Of a stretch of DNA of 64,000 nt, positions 17,071-26,939 are shown piece by piece. Position 1 is the stretch's first letter. Each line of letters begins with the position of its first letter. The notes below the pieces were generated by a model that was not told the DNA's origin, searched no databases, and was given only the letters and a program-made list of their open reading frames with translations. This DNA comes from Polyangiaceae bacterium. Its GTDB lineage: Bacteria; Myxococcota_A; Polyangia; Polyangiales; Polyangiaceae. A program made the translations under genes and the position numbers. The stretch is from assembly GCA_044376115.1 (NCBI GenBank), contig JBILLK010000002.1, forward strand, positions 64,001-128,000. Reading direction: 5' to 3'.

Positions 17071-17968
17071 ATGCGGATTCCGCTCCCCCTGCGACCTGCG
17101 CGTCGTCCGCACATCAAGAAACTATCGCGTTCCGCTGCAGCAACCACGCTGATCGTAGCGGCAATGGCAGCTCTTCTAACGCCTCAACCAGGGTGTCAGG
17201 TCTTCCGTCCCCCTTCTTCCCACGCAGAGGGCTCTGCATGTGTGCGCTCTGCTCGACCGAGCCGTTCTGCTTCGACCCGGCGCGCGCTGAGGGAGAGCAG
17301 GTTTACGATCGGCCGTGTGACCGGCCCGAACACGAAGCGATCGACGCCGATCGTGTGAAAGGGATCGGCTCCCGAGAAGGCGGCTTCTTCTGCAACCTCC
17401 TTCAACCGAGAAGTCGGTCGGGGGGCTCGTCGGACTTGAGTGTCCAGCAGACGACGGGGCCCGCGCAGAATTCCAGAACCTCGACCCGTGCATCGATCTT
17501 CCACCCTGTGCTCGCCCCGAGGAGTGTGATGATCCGTCCGAGGAACGGCTGTGTTCGGAGGTGACAACGTCGGCGCTGCGCGGTGTTTGCGTCGCGAACC
17601 CGCCGCTGGGCGAGGACGTGGATGAGGCGCAGCGGCTCACGCAGGGCGCGGCGCTCGCCGTCGAAACCCTGGCTGATACGTGCGCCTACTACGGCGTCAC
17701 GCCTCCACAGTCTGGGCCTGCCCGGTACTGTTTCTTGTCCTGCGTCACGCCACAAAGCTGCACGCTCGGTGATCCCACGATCACCGACTCCTGCGAGAGC
17801 TGCAACGAGAGTTACGCCCGTAAGTCAGACCCCTCTGAGCCACGACGCGCTCGGACCATTGGATTGCGGCACCGATTCCCCGTAACGACGAGGCGTTGGC
17901 GTAGGGTCCCAACCGCTTTTTTCGGGGCGCGAGTGCGCATTCGCCCCGCGCCCTCAACCTTCGGTTGA
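17071..17968 (+). pseudogene. Cys-rich secreted/lipoprotein split over three frames
   Basis: Signal-like segment (…LIVAAMAALLTPQPGC), then CMCALC…GGFFCN, then LECPADD…CESCN in successive -1 frames; joins fit C5 run 17209-17213 and G6 run 17420-17425. Confidence 0.5.
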
Positions 17969-17999
17969 AACCTCCTCCCACCGCTGTAAAGAGCTGCGC

Positions 18000-18281
18000 A
18001 TGATCGATGCGACGCTGGTTGCCAGGTTGGCCGAACTTGCGGCTCTTGAGCTCGAGTCCGAAGAGGTGCTCTCGCTGACGGCGGATCTGCAGCGGATCGT
18101 CGAGTATGTGAACGTACTCTCGGAGGCGGATACAAGCTCGCTCACCGCTCCAACCGAAGCGATCTCGGCCTTGCGCGCTGACGAACCTCACGCGTCGCTC
18201 GCCCCCGAGTTGGCGTTGGCCGAGGCTCCTCGAAAGCAGAGCGGCGGCTTCTCGGTTCCCGCCTTCGTGGACGAGGGTTGA
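18000..18281 (+). CDS. gatC: Asp/Glu-tRNA amidotransferase subunit C
   Basis: V..LA.LA.L, LRADE, AP....F.VP; precedes gatA. Confidence 0.95.
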   Translation: MIDATLVARLAELAALELESEEVLSLTADLQRIVEYVNVLSEADTSSLTAPTEAISALRADEPHASLAPELALAEAPRKQSGGFSVPAFVDEG

Positions 18282-18284
18282 GCC

Positions 18285-19757
18285 ATGGAGCTACCGAACA
18301 CAGCGCTCGCGATTCGTGAGGCCGTCGTCAGCGGCAAACTCTCCGCCGCCTCGGTGGTCGAGCAAACCTTCGCTCGCATGGAGGCCGCCACGAACCTTGG
18401 CGCCTTCCTCACCAGCTGTCGCGCCCACGCCGAAGAAACCGCGCGCAACCTCGACGCGCAGGTGCAAAGCGGCGCCGCCCTCGGACCGCTCGCCGGCGTG
18501 CCCATCGCCGTCAAAGACGCGCTCGCCACCTCCTTCGCCCCAACCACCTCGGCCTCGCGCATCTTGTGCAAAGGCCAGAGCGCCGATTCGGGTTTTCGCC
18601 CGCCCTACGACGCCACCGTGGTCGAGAAGCTGCGCGCCGCCGGAGCGATCATCGTCGGCAAAACCAACATGGACGAGTTCGCCATGGGCTCCTCTAACGA
18701 GAACAGCGCCTTCTTCCCCGCGCGCAATCCTCACGATCCCAGCCGCATCCCCGGCGGTTCGAGCGGTGGCAGCGCGGTGGCCGTCGCCGCCAAGCTCACC
18801 CCGATCGCGATCGGCTCGGACACCGGCGGCTCGATTCGCCAGCCCGCGGCGATGTGCGGCGTGGTCGGCGTCAAGCCCAGCTACGGCCGGGTCTCCCGCT
18901 TCGGTCTTTTCGCCTTCGCCTCGAGCCTCGATCAGATCGGCGTCTTCGCTCATGACGTGCGCGATGCAGCGCTGGCCATGCAGGTGATCGGCGGCTTCGA
19001 TGCGCGCGACGCCACCTCGCGTGAGATCGAAAATCCGGCCTGGTCGCCCGCTGCTGCGAGCTCGCTGAGCGGGCTGCGCGTGGGCGTCCCCAGCGAATAC
19101 TTCGGTGAGGGCATTCACGCTGGTGTGCGCGCTTCGGTAGAGCAAGCCATCGAGCAACTGCGTGCACTCGGCGCTACCACCGTCCCGGTCTCCTTGCCGA
19201 ATACGCGCTTCGCCGTGGCCGCGTATTACGTGCTCGCGACGGCCGAGGCGTCCTCCAACCTCAGCCGCTACGACGGCGTGCGCTTCGGTTTGCGCGTCGA
19301 AAAGTCAGGTCAATCGTTGAAGGAGCTGTACAAAGGCACGCGCGGTCGCGGCTTCGGTAGCGAGGTCAAACGGCGCATCATCCTCGGCACCTTCGTGCTC
19401 TCGTCGGGCTACTACGACGCCTACTACAAGCAGGCCGAGAAGGTGCGCGCGCTGATCAGCGCAGACTTCCAGCGCGTCTTCGATCAAGTGGACGTGCTCG
19501 CCACGCCCACGAGCCCCACGGTGGCCTTCCCCTTGGGGGCGCGCACGCACGATCCGCTCGCGATGTACCTCGCCGACATTTGCACCTTGCCGGCGAGCTT
19601 GGCCGGCTTGCCGGCGCTCTCGCTGCCTTGCGCGCCGGCGGCCCCGGCCGAGGGAGGCGCGCCGCTTCCGGTCGGTCTGCAGCTGATTGGTCGCTCCTTC
19701 GAGGAAGCGCGTTTGTACGATGTGGCGCACGCCTTCCTCGAGGCTCAACGTGGCTGA
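18285..19757 (+). CDS. gatA: Asp/Glu-tRNA amidotransferase subunit A
   Basis: GKTNMDEFAMGSS, PGGSSGGS, GSDTGGSIRQPA, SSNLSRYDG, GFGSEVKRRI. Confidence 0.98.
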   Translation: MELPNTALAIREAVVSGKLSAASVVEQTFARMEAATNLGAFLTSCRAHAEETARNLDAQVQSGAALGPLAGVPIAVKDALATSFAPTTSASRILCKGQSADSGFRPPYDATVVEKLRAAGAIIVGKTNMDEFAMGSSNENSAFFPARNPHDPSRIPGGSSGGSAVAVAAKLTPIAIGSDTGGSIRQPAAMCGVVGVKPSYGRVSRFGLFAFASSLDQIGVFAHDVRDAALAMQVIGGFDARDATSREIENPAWSPAAASSLSGLRVGVPSEYFGEGIHAGVRASVEQAIEQLRALGATTVPVSLPNTRFAVAAYYVLATAEASSNLSRYDGVRFGLRVEKSGQSLKELYKGTRGRGFGSEVKRRIILGTFVLSSGYYDAYYKQAEKVRALISADFQRVFDQVDVLATPTSPTVAFPLGARTHDPLAMYLADICTLPASLAGLPALSLPCAPAAPAEGGAPLPVGLQLIGRSFEEARLYDVAHAFLEAQRG

Positions 19758-20370
19758 TTCAACGGCCGCGCTCGGGCTCGAGGTTCGCTTGGTGACCGCC
19801 GCCGATCGCGCGGCGCTCGAGGCGCTCTTCGACGCGGTGGGCTCCTCCTGTTTTTGTCGCTACTTCCACTTCGAAGGCGACAAGAACGATTGGCTCGCGG
19901 CGCTCGCCTTCGCCCCCGACGATCAACGCAACTGGCTCGCCAGCGGGCTGGCATCCGGTTCTGCGGAGACGAGGGGTTTGATTGCGCGGACCAACGATGG
20001 GCAGGTCGTCGGCTGGTTGAAGCTGGCTCAAAAATCGTGCGCCCCCAAACTCTACGGCCAGCGTTATTACCGCTCATTGGCCTGCCTCGCGGAGGGAGAC
20101 GCCGAGCGCACCGCGCATCTTTCCTGCGCGCTGATTCATCCGTCCTTTCGCAACCGCGGCCTGCTCGCCGAGCTCGTGCGTGGAGCTGTGCTCCACGCAG
20201 CCGAGCTCGGCTTCACCCAGCTGGAGGCCTTCCCGCGTGTGGTCGCATGCCGCGTGACCGATGAGGAGATGTTTACGTTGCCCGCCTCGGTGCTGACCGC
20301 CCAAGGCTTTGAAGTCGTCGGCGGAGACCCAGCCTACCCGGTGGTCCGCTTGCCGTTGGTGAAAGCATGA
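19750..20370 (+). CDS. GNAT acetyltransferase
   Basis: CFCRYF, VVGW, C..IHPSFRNRGL, LEAFP; GTG start overlaps gatA stop. Confidence 0.85.
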   Translation: MADSTAALGLEVRLVTAADRAALEALFDAVGSSCFCRYFHFEGDKNDWLAALAFAPDDQRNWLASGLASGSAETRGLIARTNDGQVVGWLKLAQKSCAPKLYGQRYYRSLACLAEGDAERTAHLSCALIHPSFRNRGLLAELVRGAVLHAAELGFTQLEAFPRVVACRVTDEEMFTLPASVLTAQGFEVVGGDPAYPVVRLPLVKA

Positions 20371-21281
20371 GCCCGAAGTTCTCCGGCATTTTGTTGGTCG
20401 ATAAGCCTCAAGGGCTGACCAGCCACGACGTGGTCGGACGGCTGCGCAAGCGCTTGGGCGAAAAGAAGATCGGGCATGCCGGCACGCTCGACCCGATGGC
20501 CACCGGTCTGATCGTGGCGCTGATCGGCGAGGGCACCAAGCTCGAGCCGTACCTCGCGCGCGCCGACAAGAGCTACCTGGCCACCGTGCAGTTCGGCAGC
20601 TCCACCGACACGCTCGACGCCGAAGGCAGAGTCACCGCCGAAGCACCGCTGTCACCGGCCCTCGCCGCCGAGCTTGCAGCTCGCGCGCAAGGCCCGGCCG
20701 AGACTCCGCTGATCGCGCAGGCCCTGGCGGCCCTGCGCTCCCGCGAGCAACAGATCCCGCCGGCTCATTCGGCTATCCACGTAGACGGCCAGCGCAGCTA
20801 CGATCTGGCGCGCAAAGGCCAAGCGGTGGAGCTACCGCCGCGCGAGGTGAAGCTGCTCGAAGTGGCGATCGAAGCGGCCAGCGCGACCACGCTCACGCTC
20901 AGCATGACGGTGAGCAAGGGCTACTATGTGCGCTCCTTTGCGCGGGATCTGGCGGCCTTGCTCGAGGTGCCCGGCCATCTCAGCGCGCTGCGCCGTACGC
21001 GCTCCGGCGCCTTCGACGTAAAGGACGCAGCGCTGCTCGAGCAGGAGGCGCTGAGCGAGCGGATGCTCGGCTTGGTGCAAGCGGTGCAGCTCGGCGGCCT
21101 GCCCACGCTGCAGCTCGATGAGGCCGGAGCTCGGGAGATCGGCTTCGGCCGAGCCATCGACGCGCCGGCCGAACTCGGCCCGGCCGAGTTCGTCGCGCTG
21201 CTCAATCCGGCCGGCGGCCTGATCGCGATCGCTGAGCTCCGCGAAGCGAAGCTCAGCGTCGCGCGCGGCTTCCAAGGTTGA
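20367..21281 (+). CDS. truB: tRNA pseudouridine(55) synthase
   Basis: DKPQGLTSHDVV, GHAGTLDPMATG, SKGYYVRS, LRRTRSG. Confidence 0.97.
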   Translation: MSPKFSGILLVDKPQGLTSHDVVGRLRKRLGEKKIGHAGTLDPMATGLIVALIGEGTKLEPYLARADKSYLATVQFGSSTDTLDAEGRVTAEAPLSPALAAELAARAQGPAETPLIAQALAALRSREQQIPPAHSAIHVDGQRSYDLARKGQAVELPPREVKLLEVAIEAASATTLTLSMTVSKGYYVRSFARDLAALLEVPGHLSALRRTRSGAFDVKDAALLEQEALSERMLGLVQAVQLGGLPTLQLDEAGAREIGFGRAIDAPAELGPAEFVALLNPAGGLIAIAELREAKLSVARGFQG

Positions 21282-21304
21282 CGCAGGCGGCGTAGGCTGA
21301 CCGT

Positions 21305-22450
21305 ATGGCCCGCTTCGCTTTCCTGTTGCTGACGGTGGCGCTGAGTTCGGCCTGTTTGGCGGTGCAGTATGAATCGCCCACGGGAGGAGCCGGCGGAGCC
21401 GGAGGCGCGGGGCAAGGCGGAGCCTCCTGCGAGCTCGACTGCGACGATGAAAACGTTTGCACCGACGACTTCTGCGCCAGCGAGAGCAGCTGCGGTCATA
21501 GCTCGAGCACGCTGCCGCCACCGCAGCTCGCGGGCGACTGTCGCACGGCCGTATGCGATGGCAGCACGCTGAGCAGCGAGGTCGATCTCGCGGACGTCCC
21601 GCCCGATACGGCCAATCCGTGCAGCGAGAGCGCCTGTCTCGACGACGGCACGCCCACGCAGATCAACGTCGACGGCACCTGCGGGACCGACGGCGCCTTT
21701 GAGTGCTTCGACGGCACGTGCTCGTGCAACGTATCCGCGGACTGCACCGACTACGAGACCGAGTGCGCCAACGCCGATTGTGTGGGCGGCCTGTGCGTGG
21801 TCAGCTACGAGGCCGCTGGTACCGTGGTTGCGGATGACGGTGTCGCGGGCAATTGCGTTGGTCGCGTTTGCGACGGCGTAGCGTTGGTGGCTGCGGTCAG
21901 CGTCAATCCGCTCGATCTGCCTGCGCCCAACGGCAATCCTTGTCAGTACGCAGCTTGCGTGGAGGGCGTTCCAGCCCAACTCAACGCAACCATCAACAGC
22001 CCTTGTCCCGGCGGGTTTTGCAACGGGTCGGGTGGCTGCGTGGAGTGCGTCACGAACGAGCAATGCCCCGAGGCCACGCCAACCTGCGTCGCCGGCGAAT
22101 GCGCCGAGTGTGGCGTCGACTCCGATTGCCCGGGCGGCGGCTTTTGCTTGCCCACCAAGGAGTGCGTGCAGTGCATGACCAATGCTGATTGCGCGACGGC
22201 CCAGCAAGGTAGCGTGTGCATCGCCGGGGAATGTGGTTGCACTGGGGACGCTGATTGCCCCGATGAAGGAGATCCGTATTGCAACACCGAGGGCTCCTTC
22301 TGTGCGGCCTGCGTTACGAACGCCCACTGCAGCGGCAACCCGGATGGGGAGCGCTGCCTCTCGATTCTCGGTATTCGATGCGGTTGTCAAACCGCCGGTG
22401 ACTGTCCCGGCAGCAGTATGTGCGGTCCGGGCTTTGCCTGTATCAACTAG
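21305..22450 (+). CDS. Cys-rich repeat lipoprotein
   Basis: Lipobox SSAC, Gly linker, many CxxxxDC / CVEC repeats. Confidence 0.85.
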   Translation: MARFAFLLLTVALSSACLAVQYESPTGGAGGAGGAGQGGASCELDCDDENVCTDDFCASESSCGHSSSTLPPPQLAGDCRTAVCDGSTLSSEVDLADVPPDTANPCSESACLDDGTPTQINVDGTCGTDGAFECFDGTCSCNVSADCTDYETECANADCVGGLCVVSYEAAGTVVADDGVAGNCVGRVCDGVALVAAVSVNPLDLPAPNGNPCQYAACVEGVPAQLNATINSPCPGGFCNGSGGCVECVTNEQCPEATPTCVAGECAECGVDSDCPGGGFCLPTKECVQCMTNADCATAQQGSVCIAGECGCTGDADCPDEGDPYCNTEGSFCAACVTNAHCSGNPDGERCLSILGIRCGCQTAGDCPGSSMCGPGFACIN

Positions 22451-22461
22451 CGGCCCCTCGC

Positions 22462-22995
22462 ATGTTCGACCTTCAGCCCACCCTCAGCGATACACGCGTC
22501 CGCTTGCAGCCCCTCCGCGAAGAGGACTTCGAACCGCTCTACGCAGTAGCGAATGACCCACTCTTGTGGGAGCAACATCCATCGCCCACCCGCTATCAAC
22601 GCGAGGTCTTCGCCACCTACTTCGAGGGCGCGCTGCAATCGAAAGGCGCCTTCCTGATTCGTGACGCTGAGGACGGTAGCGCCATCGGGAGCTCACGTTT
22701 CTATGACCTCGATGAAGCCCAAAAGCAGGTGACCATCGGCTACACCTTCGTCGCCCGACGCTGTTGGGGCAAAGGCCACAACCAAGCAGTCAAGGCGCTG
22801 ATGCTCGGCCACGCCTTCCAATCCGTCGAGCGCGCGCTCTTCCACGTGGGCGCCCAAAACAAACGCTCCCGCATCGCGATGGAGCGCCTCGGCGGCGTGC
22901 TAATCGGCGAAAAGAACGTGGCGTACTTCGGCGAGAAGTCGAACCCCAACGTGGTCTACGCAATCGAGCGCGAAGCCTGGTTCAAGAGAGCCTGA
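22462..22995 (+). CDS. RimJ/RimL-type GNAT N-acetyltransferase
   Basis: IGSSRFY, IGYTF, WGKGHN, N.RS..AMERLG. Confidence 0.9.
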   Translation: MFDLQPTLSDTRVRLQPLREEDFEPLYAVANDPLLWEQHPSPTRYQREVFATYFEGALQSKGAFLIRDAEDGSAIGSSRFYDLDEAQKQVTIGYTFVARRCWGKGHNQAVKALMLGHAFQSVERALFHVGAQNKRSRIAMERLGGVLIGEKNVAYFGEKSNPNVVYAIEREAWFKRA

Positions 22996-23064
22996 GCTCG
23001 TCGGCAGCACGGCGTGTGATTCCAGCGCGAGGATCCCAGCGCGAGGATGGGACCTCCAATTGGA

Positions 23065-23123
23065 CGTTTTGTTGAGTTCACGCGCCCATCCCCAACCGAT
23101 GGGTCCTCGAACTCAACAAAACG
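23065..23123. repeat. Long AT-rich inverted repeat (15-bp perfect stem plus 6-bp inner stem)
   Basis: CGTTTTGTTGAGTTC(23065-79)/GAACTCAACAAAACG(23109-23); inner CCCATC/GATGGG. Confidence 0.9.
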
Positions 23124-23229
23124 CTCACTTAGACCACCGATCCCCGAGGCGCCGCCGGCTCCGACGCTCGGTGCGGGCTGCCATCAGCGCAGCGCGCTCC
23201 CAACGCGACCGCCTAGCCGACCTAGCCCT

Positions 23230-23523
23230 TCAGCACTGCCCTGGGATCCCAGCGCAAACGCTGTAACAACAGCCTTGCGGGGTCAGCTGGCCTTCGCTCA
23301 AGGCCGTGAGCCCGCTGCAGGCCCCGCCGATTTGAGCGGCCGGCATACAAGCTCCAAAGGGGAGGGCGGGGAAGCAGGACATCTGCAGCACGCCGTTGCA
23401 CGCGGGCCGCGGAGGTGGCATCGGCGGGAGCGGCTCGGGCGGCGGGCTCGAGGAACAGGCGACGAGCAGCCCCACCCACAGCGCCGTTGCCATCGCTCCG
23501 AGACGTGCCCCCGAACTCTTCAT
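23230..23523 (-). CDS. Small Cys-rich lipoprotein (CCY motif)
   Basis: Lipobox LVAC, Pro linker, 8 more Cys incl. GCCYSVC; TAGGCT 7 nt upstream. Confidence 0.75.
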   Translation of the reverse strand: MKSSGARLGAMATALWVGLLVACSSSPPPEPLPPMPPPRPACNGVLQMSCFPALPFGACMPAAQIGGACSGLTALSEGQLTPQGCCYSVCAGIPGQC

Positions 23524-23770
23524 CGCCGCGAGCCTAGCAGGTTGCCGTCGTGGGCGCGGTACGCGCGGCCGAGGGAGTGCACTCGCTCGAAAGGCGGCTT
23601 CAGCGCCTCTTTCGCCCGCCGGAAAAGTCCCCGCGCGACGGCCCAACAATGATAAGTCGGGCTCGTTCGACCGAGCGACGTGAGCTTGGAATCAGCCGCT
23701 CCGGTTCAGCGTTCTCCGTCCTCTGAAGCCTCGTTCAAAGCTCCGCCCCGCTGCGTGCCGATGAATACCG

Positions 23771-26446
23771 ATGTCTCCCGTTGAACCCAGCGCAAAGCCC
23801 GAGCGGTCCTCCTTCCGAAGAGGGCTCATGGGGCGAGCCATCCTGGTGGCTCTAGGCGGCCTCGCCGCAGGGCTCGTGGTTGCGCGCAAGCCGCACACGG
23901 CCTCGGGGGATCGGCGCGGCGCTGTGGTGGAGATCCTGAGCAAGCGCGGCTTCATCGTCGAGCCGGAGGACGTTGTTCTGGTGGACGCTCCCGGCGGCGT
24001 CGTTCGCGCGGCTACGCGCTCATCCCGCGTGCTCGTGCGGGCCACCCAGCCGATTCCGGATCTGCCAAAGGAAGAGTGGCTTTCGGATGTGTACGTCTTT
24101 CACGCAGAGCTCTCGCCTGCGGGCGCCCTGCTCGATCTGAATGAGGGTCGCAACGTCAGCGAGACCACCGGCGCCGAAGAAACGCGGCCGGTGCTGATGG
24201 GGAAGTACGCGGCCTTCGCATCGCAGAGCCGCACTTGCGGCGCTCCCAGCGTAGTGACCGTGCTGGATCTCGCAGGCCAATCGGCGCTGGATTGGAGCTT
24301 CTCCGACCGCATGAAGAACGCGGTCACCAACTTCCAAACCACCGGCCAGGTCGCGGGCTTTGGCCGGCGCAAGTACGAGGTCGGCGGAGAGGCGGCAGAG
24401 CAGGCCGGCACACCCAATCAACCGAATCAGGCGGAAGAGGGCTGCAAACAAACCGAGGTGGAGGTCCGCGTGCAAGGCGGCACCTTCATGGTCGTTGCGG
24501 GCAAAGATTCCTTCGCCCTCAGCCCGGAGACGGAGAGCGCGCTCCCCGCGTGGATCCGCAGCGAGCCGGTGGAGATCGCCAAGCCCGGCAACCTCACCAC
24601 CTGGGCGGTGGATCGCGTGCGTACCGAGATCGGCGATGAGAACATGCAGGCCATCAAACAGGCGTTCTTCGAGGCGAAGGACGTTTGGGATCGCAACGCC
24701 GAGGAGATCTCCGGTGCCACCGGTGAAGAAGATATCGCTGAAGATCTCGGTGAAGAGTTGGGCGCGGCCAAGCGCGAGATCCCGGTGGATCCGGATGTCG
24801 GCTGGCCTCCGCCTCCGCTCGAGCCCTGGGTCACGGCGCCCGAGATCGCTGGGGAAGGGCAGTGGAACGCCAAGGAAGACGTCGGCTTCTTCCGCAACCA
24901 GCCCAACCTCCCGCCGACCTTCCTCACCACCTTCATTCGCTCCGACCGCGGGCGAAAAACCACGCGCGTGTACGTCACCATCTGGGATCCGCGCCAGGTG
25001 GAGCTTCACATGATGGCCGGCACCGTGGAGCCCAAGAGTGCCACCGGCAAGGCCGGCCCCGGGATGATCCCGCGTACGCCCGACGTGATGAAGCGCGTGG
25101 TGGCAGCAACCAACGCAGGCTTTCAAGCGCTGCACGGTGAATACGGGATGATGGCCGACGGCATCGTGTATCTGCCGCCCAAACCCTACGGCGCCACGGT
25201 GATGAAGCTGCGCGATGGCACCACGGCCTTCGGCAATTGGCCCAACGACGCTACCGTGCCCGACCAGGTCGTCTCCTACCGTCAGAACATGACGGTGATG
25301 GTGCAGGACGAAAAGTTCAACCCGTACCAACGCACTTGGTGGGGCGGTACGGTACCCGGCGCCGAAGACAAGACGCACACCGTACGCACCGGCATTTGCC
25401 TCACCCGCGAGAAGTTCGTCGCGTACTTCTACGGCGCTGATTTGAGCCCCGACGCGCTGGCCCAAGCGATGATCCAAACGCGCTGCAGTTACGGCATTGC
25501 GCTCGACATGAACGCCGGTCACTCCGGGCTCGAGTTCTACAAGGTCGCACCGGCTGCGGCGATGCCGGATCTCGGCCGGCCGATCGATACGAGCTGGGAG
25601 GCCGAGGGCGACGTGCCGGGGATGGACGGCTATCGCTTCCGCGCCAAGAAGGTCGTCAAAGGCATGGGGCTGATGAACTTCCCGCGCTACATCAAGCGCG
25701 AGGCGCGTGACTTCTTCTACCTGACCCTGCGCCACATTTTGCCCGGCGAGAACCTCGCGCCGGTGCTCGCCTCGGCGAAGGAAGGCGAGGGGGTTTGGCG
25801 GGTGAAGGGCCTGCCGCAACACGGCTTCCCTTACGCCCTCGCCGTTACCGATCTGCGCGCCGATAAAGCGCATGAAGAGCGCACCTTCCGCGTGCTCGCG
25901 ATCGATCCGCGCACAGTGGGAGTGGGAGCTGCTTCGGCCGCGGGCGCCGCGGGCGCTGCCGAGCCGCCGCTCGTGCTCGAGGTCGCCAAAGCCCAAGGCA
26001 CCGGCGGTCTGTTTTTGGACGCCACCGGCTTTCAGCTCGCCGCTGAACCCCCGTCGAAGCAGGCCGCCCTCCTCGCCGCAGGCGGTAGCGAAGCCAAAGG
26101 GCTTGCCGTCGTCAGCGTGCACCCCGAGTCGGGCATGCTTTACTACGCCGAGCTCGTCGGTACAGCGGCGGACGCGCCGGTTGAGCTCGCGGCCATCCGC
26201 GATGTATTCGCAGGCCTCGGTTGCACCGACTTCCTCTACCTGCCCGCTCGTTGGTCCTTGCGCCTGGGCGACGGCACCGCCCTCGACGGCACCGCCATCC
26301 ACCCACTCCGCGGCGACGTCGTTCGCCTCACCCGCAGGCCAGGCCCCGGCGGCGCACGCTTCTTCGAGGACACCCCCATCGTCCCCCGCGACGAGTGGTA
26401 CCCCCTGCAACAACACCGCGTGCGCTACTTCAAGAAGGCCGACTGA
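23771..26446 (+). CDS. Large membrane-anchored protein with phosphodiester glycosidase (NAGPA-like) domain
   Basis: N-terminal TM; ATNAGF, RTGICL...LAQAM...GIALDMNAGHS resemble the NAGPA/DUF2233 core. Confidence 0.65.
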   Translation: MSPVEPSAKPERSSFRRGLMGRAILVALGGLAAGLVVARKPHTASGDRRGAVVEILSKRGFIVEPEDVVLVDAPGGVVRAATRSSRVLVRATQPIPDLPKEEWLSDVYVFHAELSPAGALLDLNEGRNVSETTGAEETRPVLMGKYAAFASQSRTCGAPSVVTVLDLAGQSALDWSFSDRMKNAVTNFQTTGQVAGFGRRKYEVGGEAAEQAGTPNQPNQAEEGCKQTEVEVRVQGGTFMVVAGKDSFALSPETESALPAWIRSEPVEIAKPGNLTTWAVDRVRTEIGDENMQAIKQAFFEAKDVWDRNAEEISGATGEEDIAEDLGEELGAAKREIPVDPDVGWPPPPLEPWVTAPEIAGEGQWNAKEDVGFFRNQPNLPPTFLTTFIRSDRGRKTTRVYVTIWDPRQVELHMMAGTVEPKSATGKAGPGMIPRTPDVMKRVVAATNAGFQALHGEYGMMADGIVYLPPKPYGATVMKLRDGTTAFGNWPNDATVPDQVVSYRQNMTVMVQDEKFNPYQRTWWGGTVPGAEDKTHTVRTGICLTREKFVAYFYGADLSPDALAQAMIQTRCSYGIALDMNAGHSGLEFYKVAPAAAMPDLGRPIDTSWEAEGDVPGMDGYRFRAKKVVKGMGLMNFPRYIKREARDFFYLTLRHILPGENLAPVLASAKEGEGVWRVKGLPQHGFPYALAVTDLRADKAHEERTFRVLAIDPRTVGVGAASAAGAAGAAEPPLVLEVAKAQGTGGLFLDATGFQLAAEPPSKQAALLAAGGSEAKGLAVVSVHPESGMLYYAELVGTAADAPVELAAIRDVFAGLGCTDFLYLPARWSLRLGDGTALDGTAIHPLRGDVVRLTRRPGPGGARFFEDTPIVPRDEWYPLQQHRVRYFKKAD

Positions 26447-26517
26447 GCGCGACTCGTCGCCTGAACATGACCTCCCACGTCATGGCTCGTCCGCGCGCCC
26501 AGCGTTAGCGTCGTGTG

Positions 26518-26934
26518 ATGTTGACCTCCTCCCATTGGCGTCTCACCTCTGCGGCCGGCGCGCTCTACAGCACGGTTGGTGCGATCTTCGTCGCCGCCTC
26601 CTTCCATGATCCGACGCTCGGCTTGCTGAACCGGCTGCTCGTCCCCGATTCGTCGCCTCCCAGCCCCGCCGTTCGCCTCTACGCGGCGGTGATGGGCGCT
26701 GTGGTCGTCGGCTTCGGCGTCATGCTCGCCCGCGTCGCACGCGGTGCCGAACGCGGTCCCAGCGCTATCGCTCGTGCCCTCCGTGACGCCGTCCTCGCCT
26801 GGTTCATCGTCGACACCACCGCATCGTTGCTCCACGGCTCGTGGCAAAACGCGCTCTTCAACCTGCTCAGCCTCACCGCCGGGTTGCCGCCGATCCTGCT
26901 CGCCGTGCGTAGCTCGGCGCCGAAGCGAGCCTAG
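26518..26934 (+). CDS. Hypothetical 4-TM membrane protein
   Basis: Hydrophobic helices, WFIVDTTAS..HG...NALFN; TAGCGT 6 nt upstream. Confidence 0.75.
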   Translation: MLTSSHWRLTSAAGALYSTVGAIFVAASFHDPTLGLLNRLLVPDSSPPSPAVRLYAAVMGAVVVGFGVMLARVARGAERGPSAIARALRDAVLAWFIVDTTASLLHGSWQNALFNLLSLTAGLPPILLAVRSSAPKRA

Positions 26935-26939
26935 TGCGT

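Noticed and set aside
24020..26416. 798-aa minus-strand ORF, and similar long antisense ORFs such as 46985-48667, 20924-22390, 39177-40520
   Set aside because: Shadow frames of well-supported opposite-strand genes, expected at high GC; no motifs
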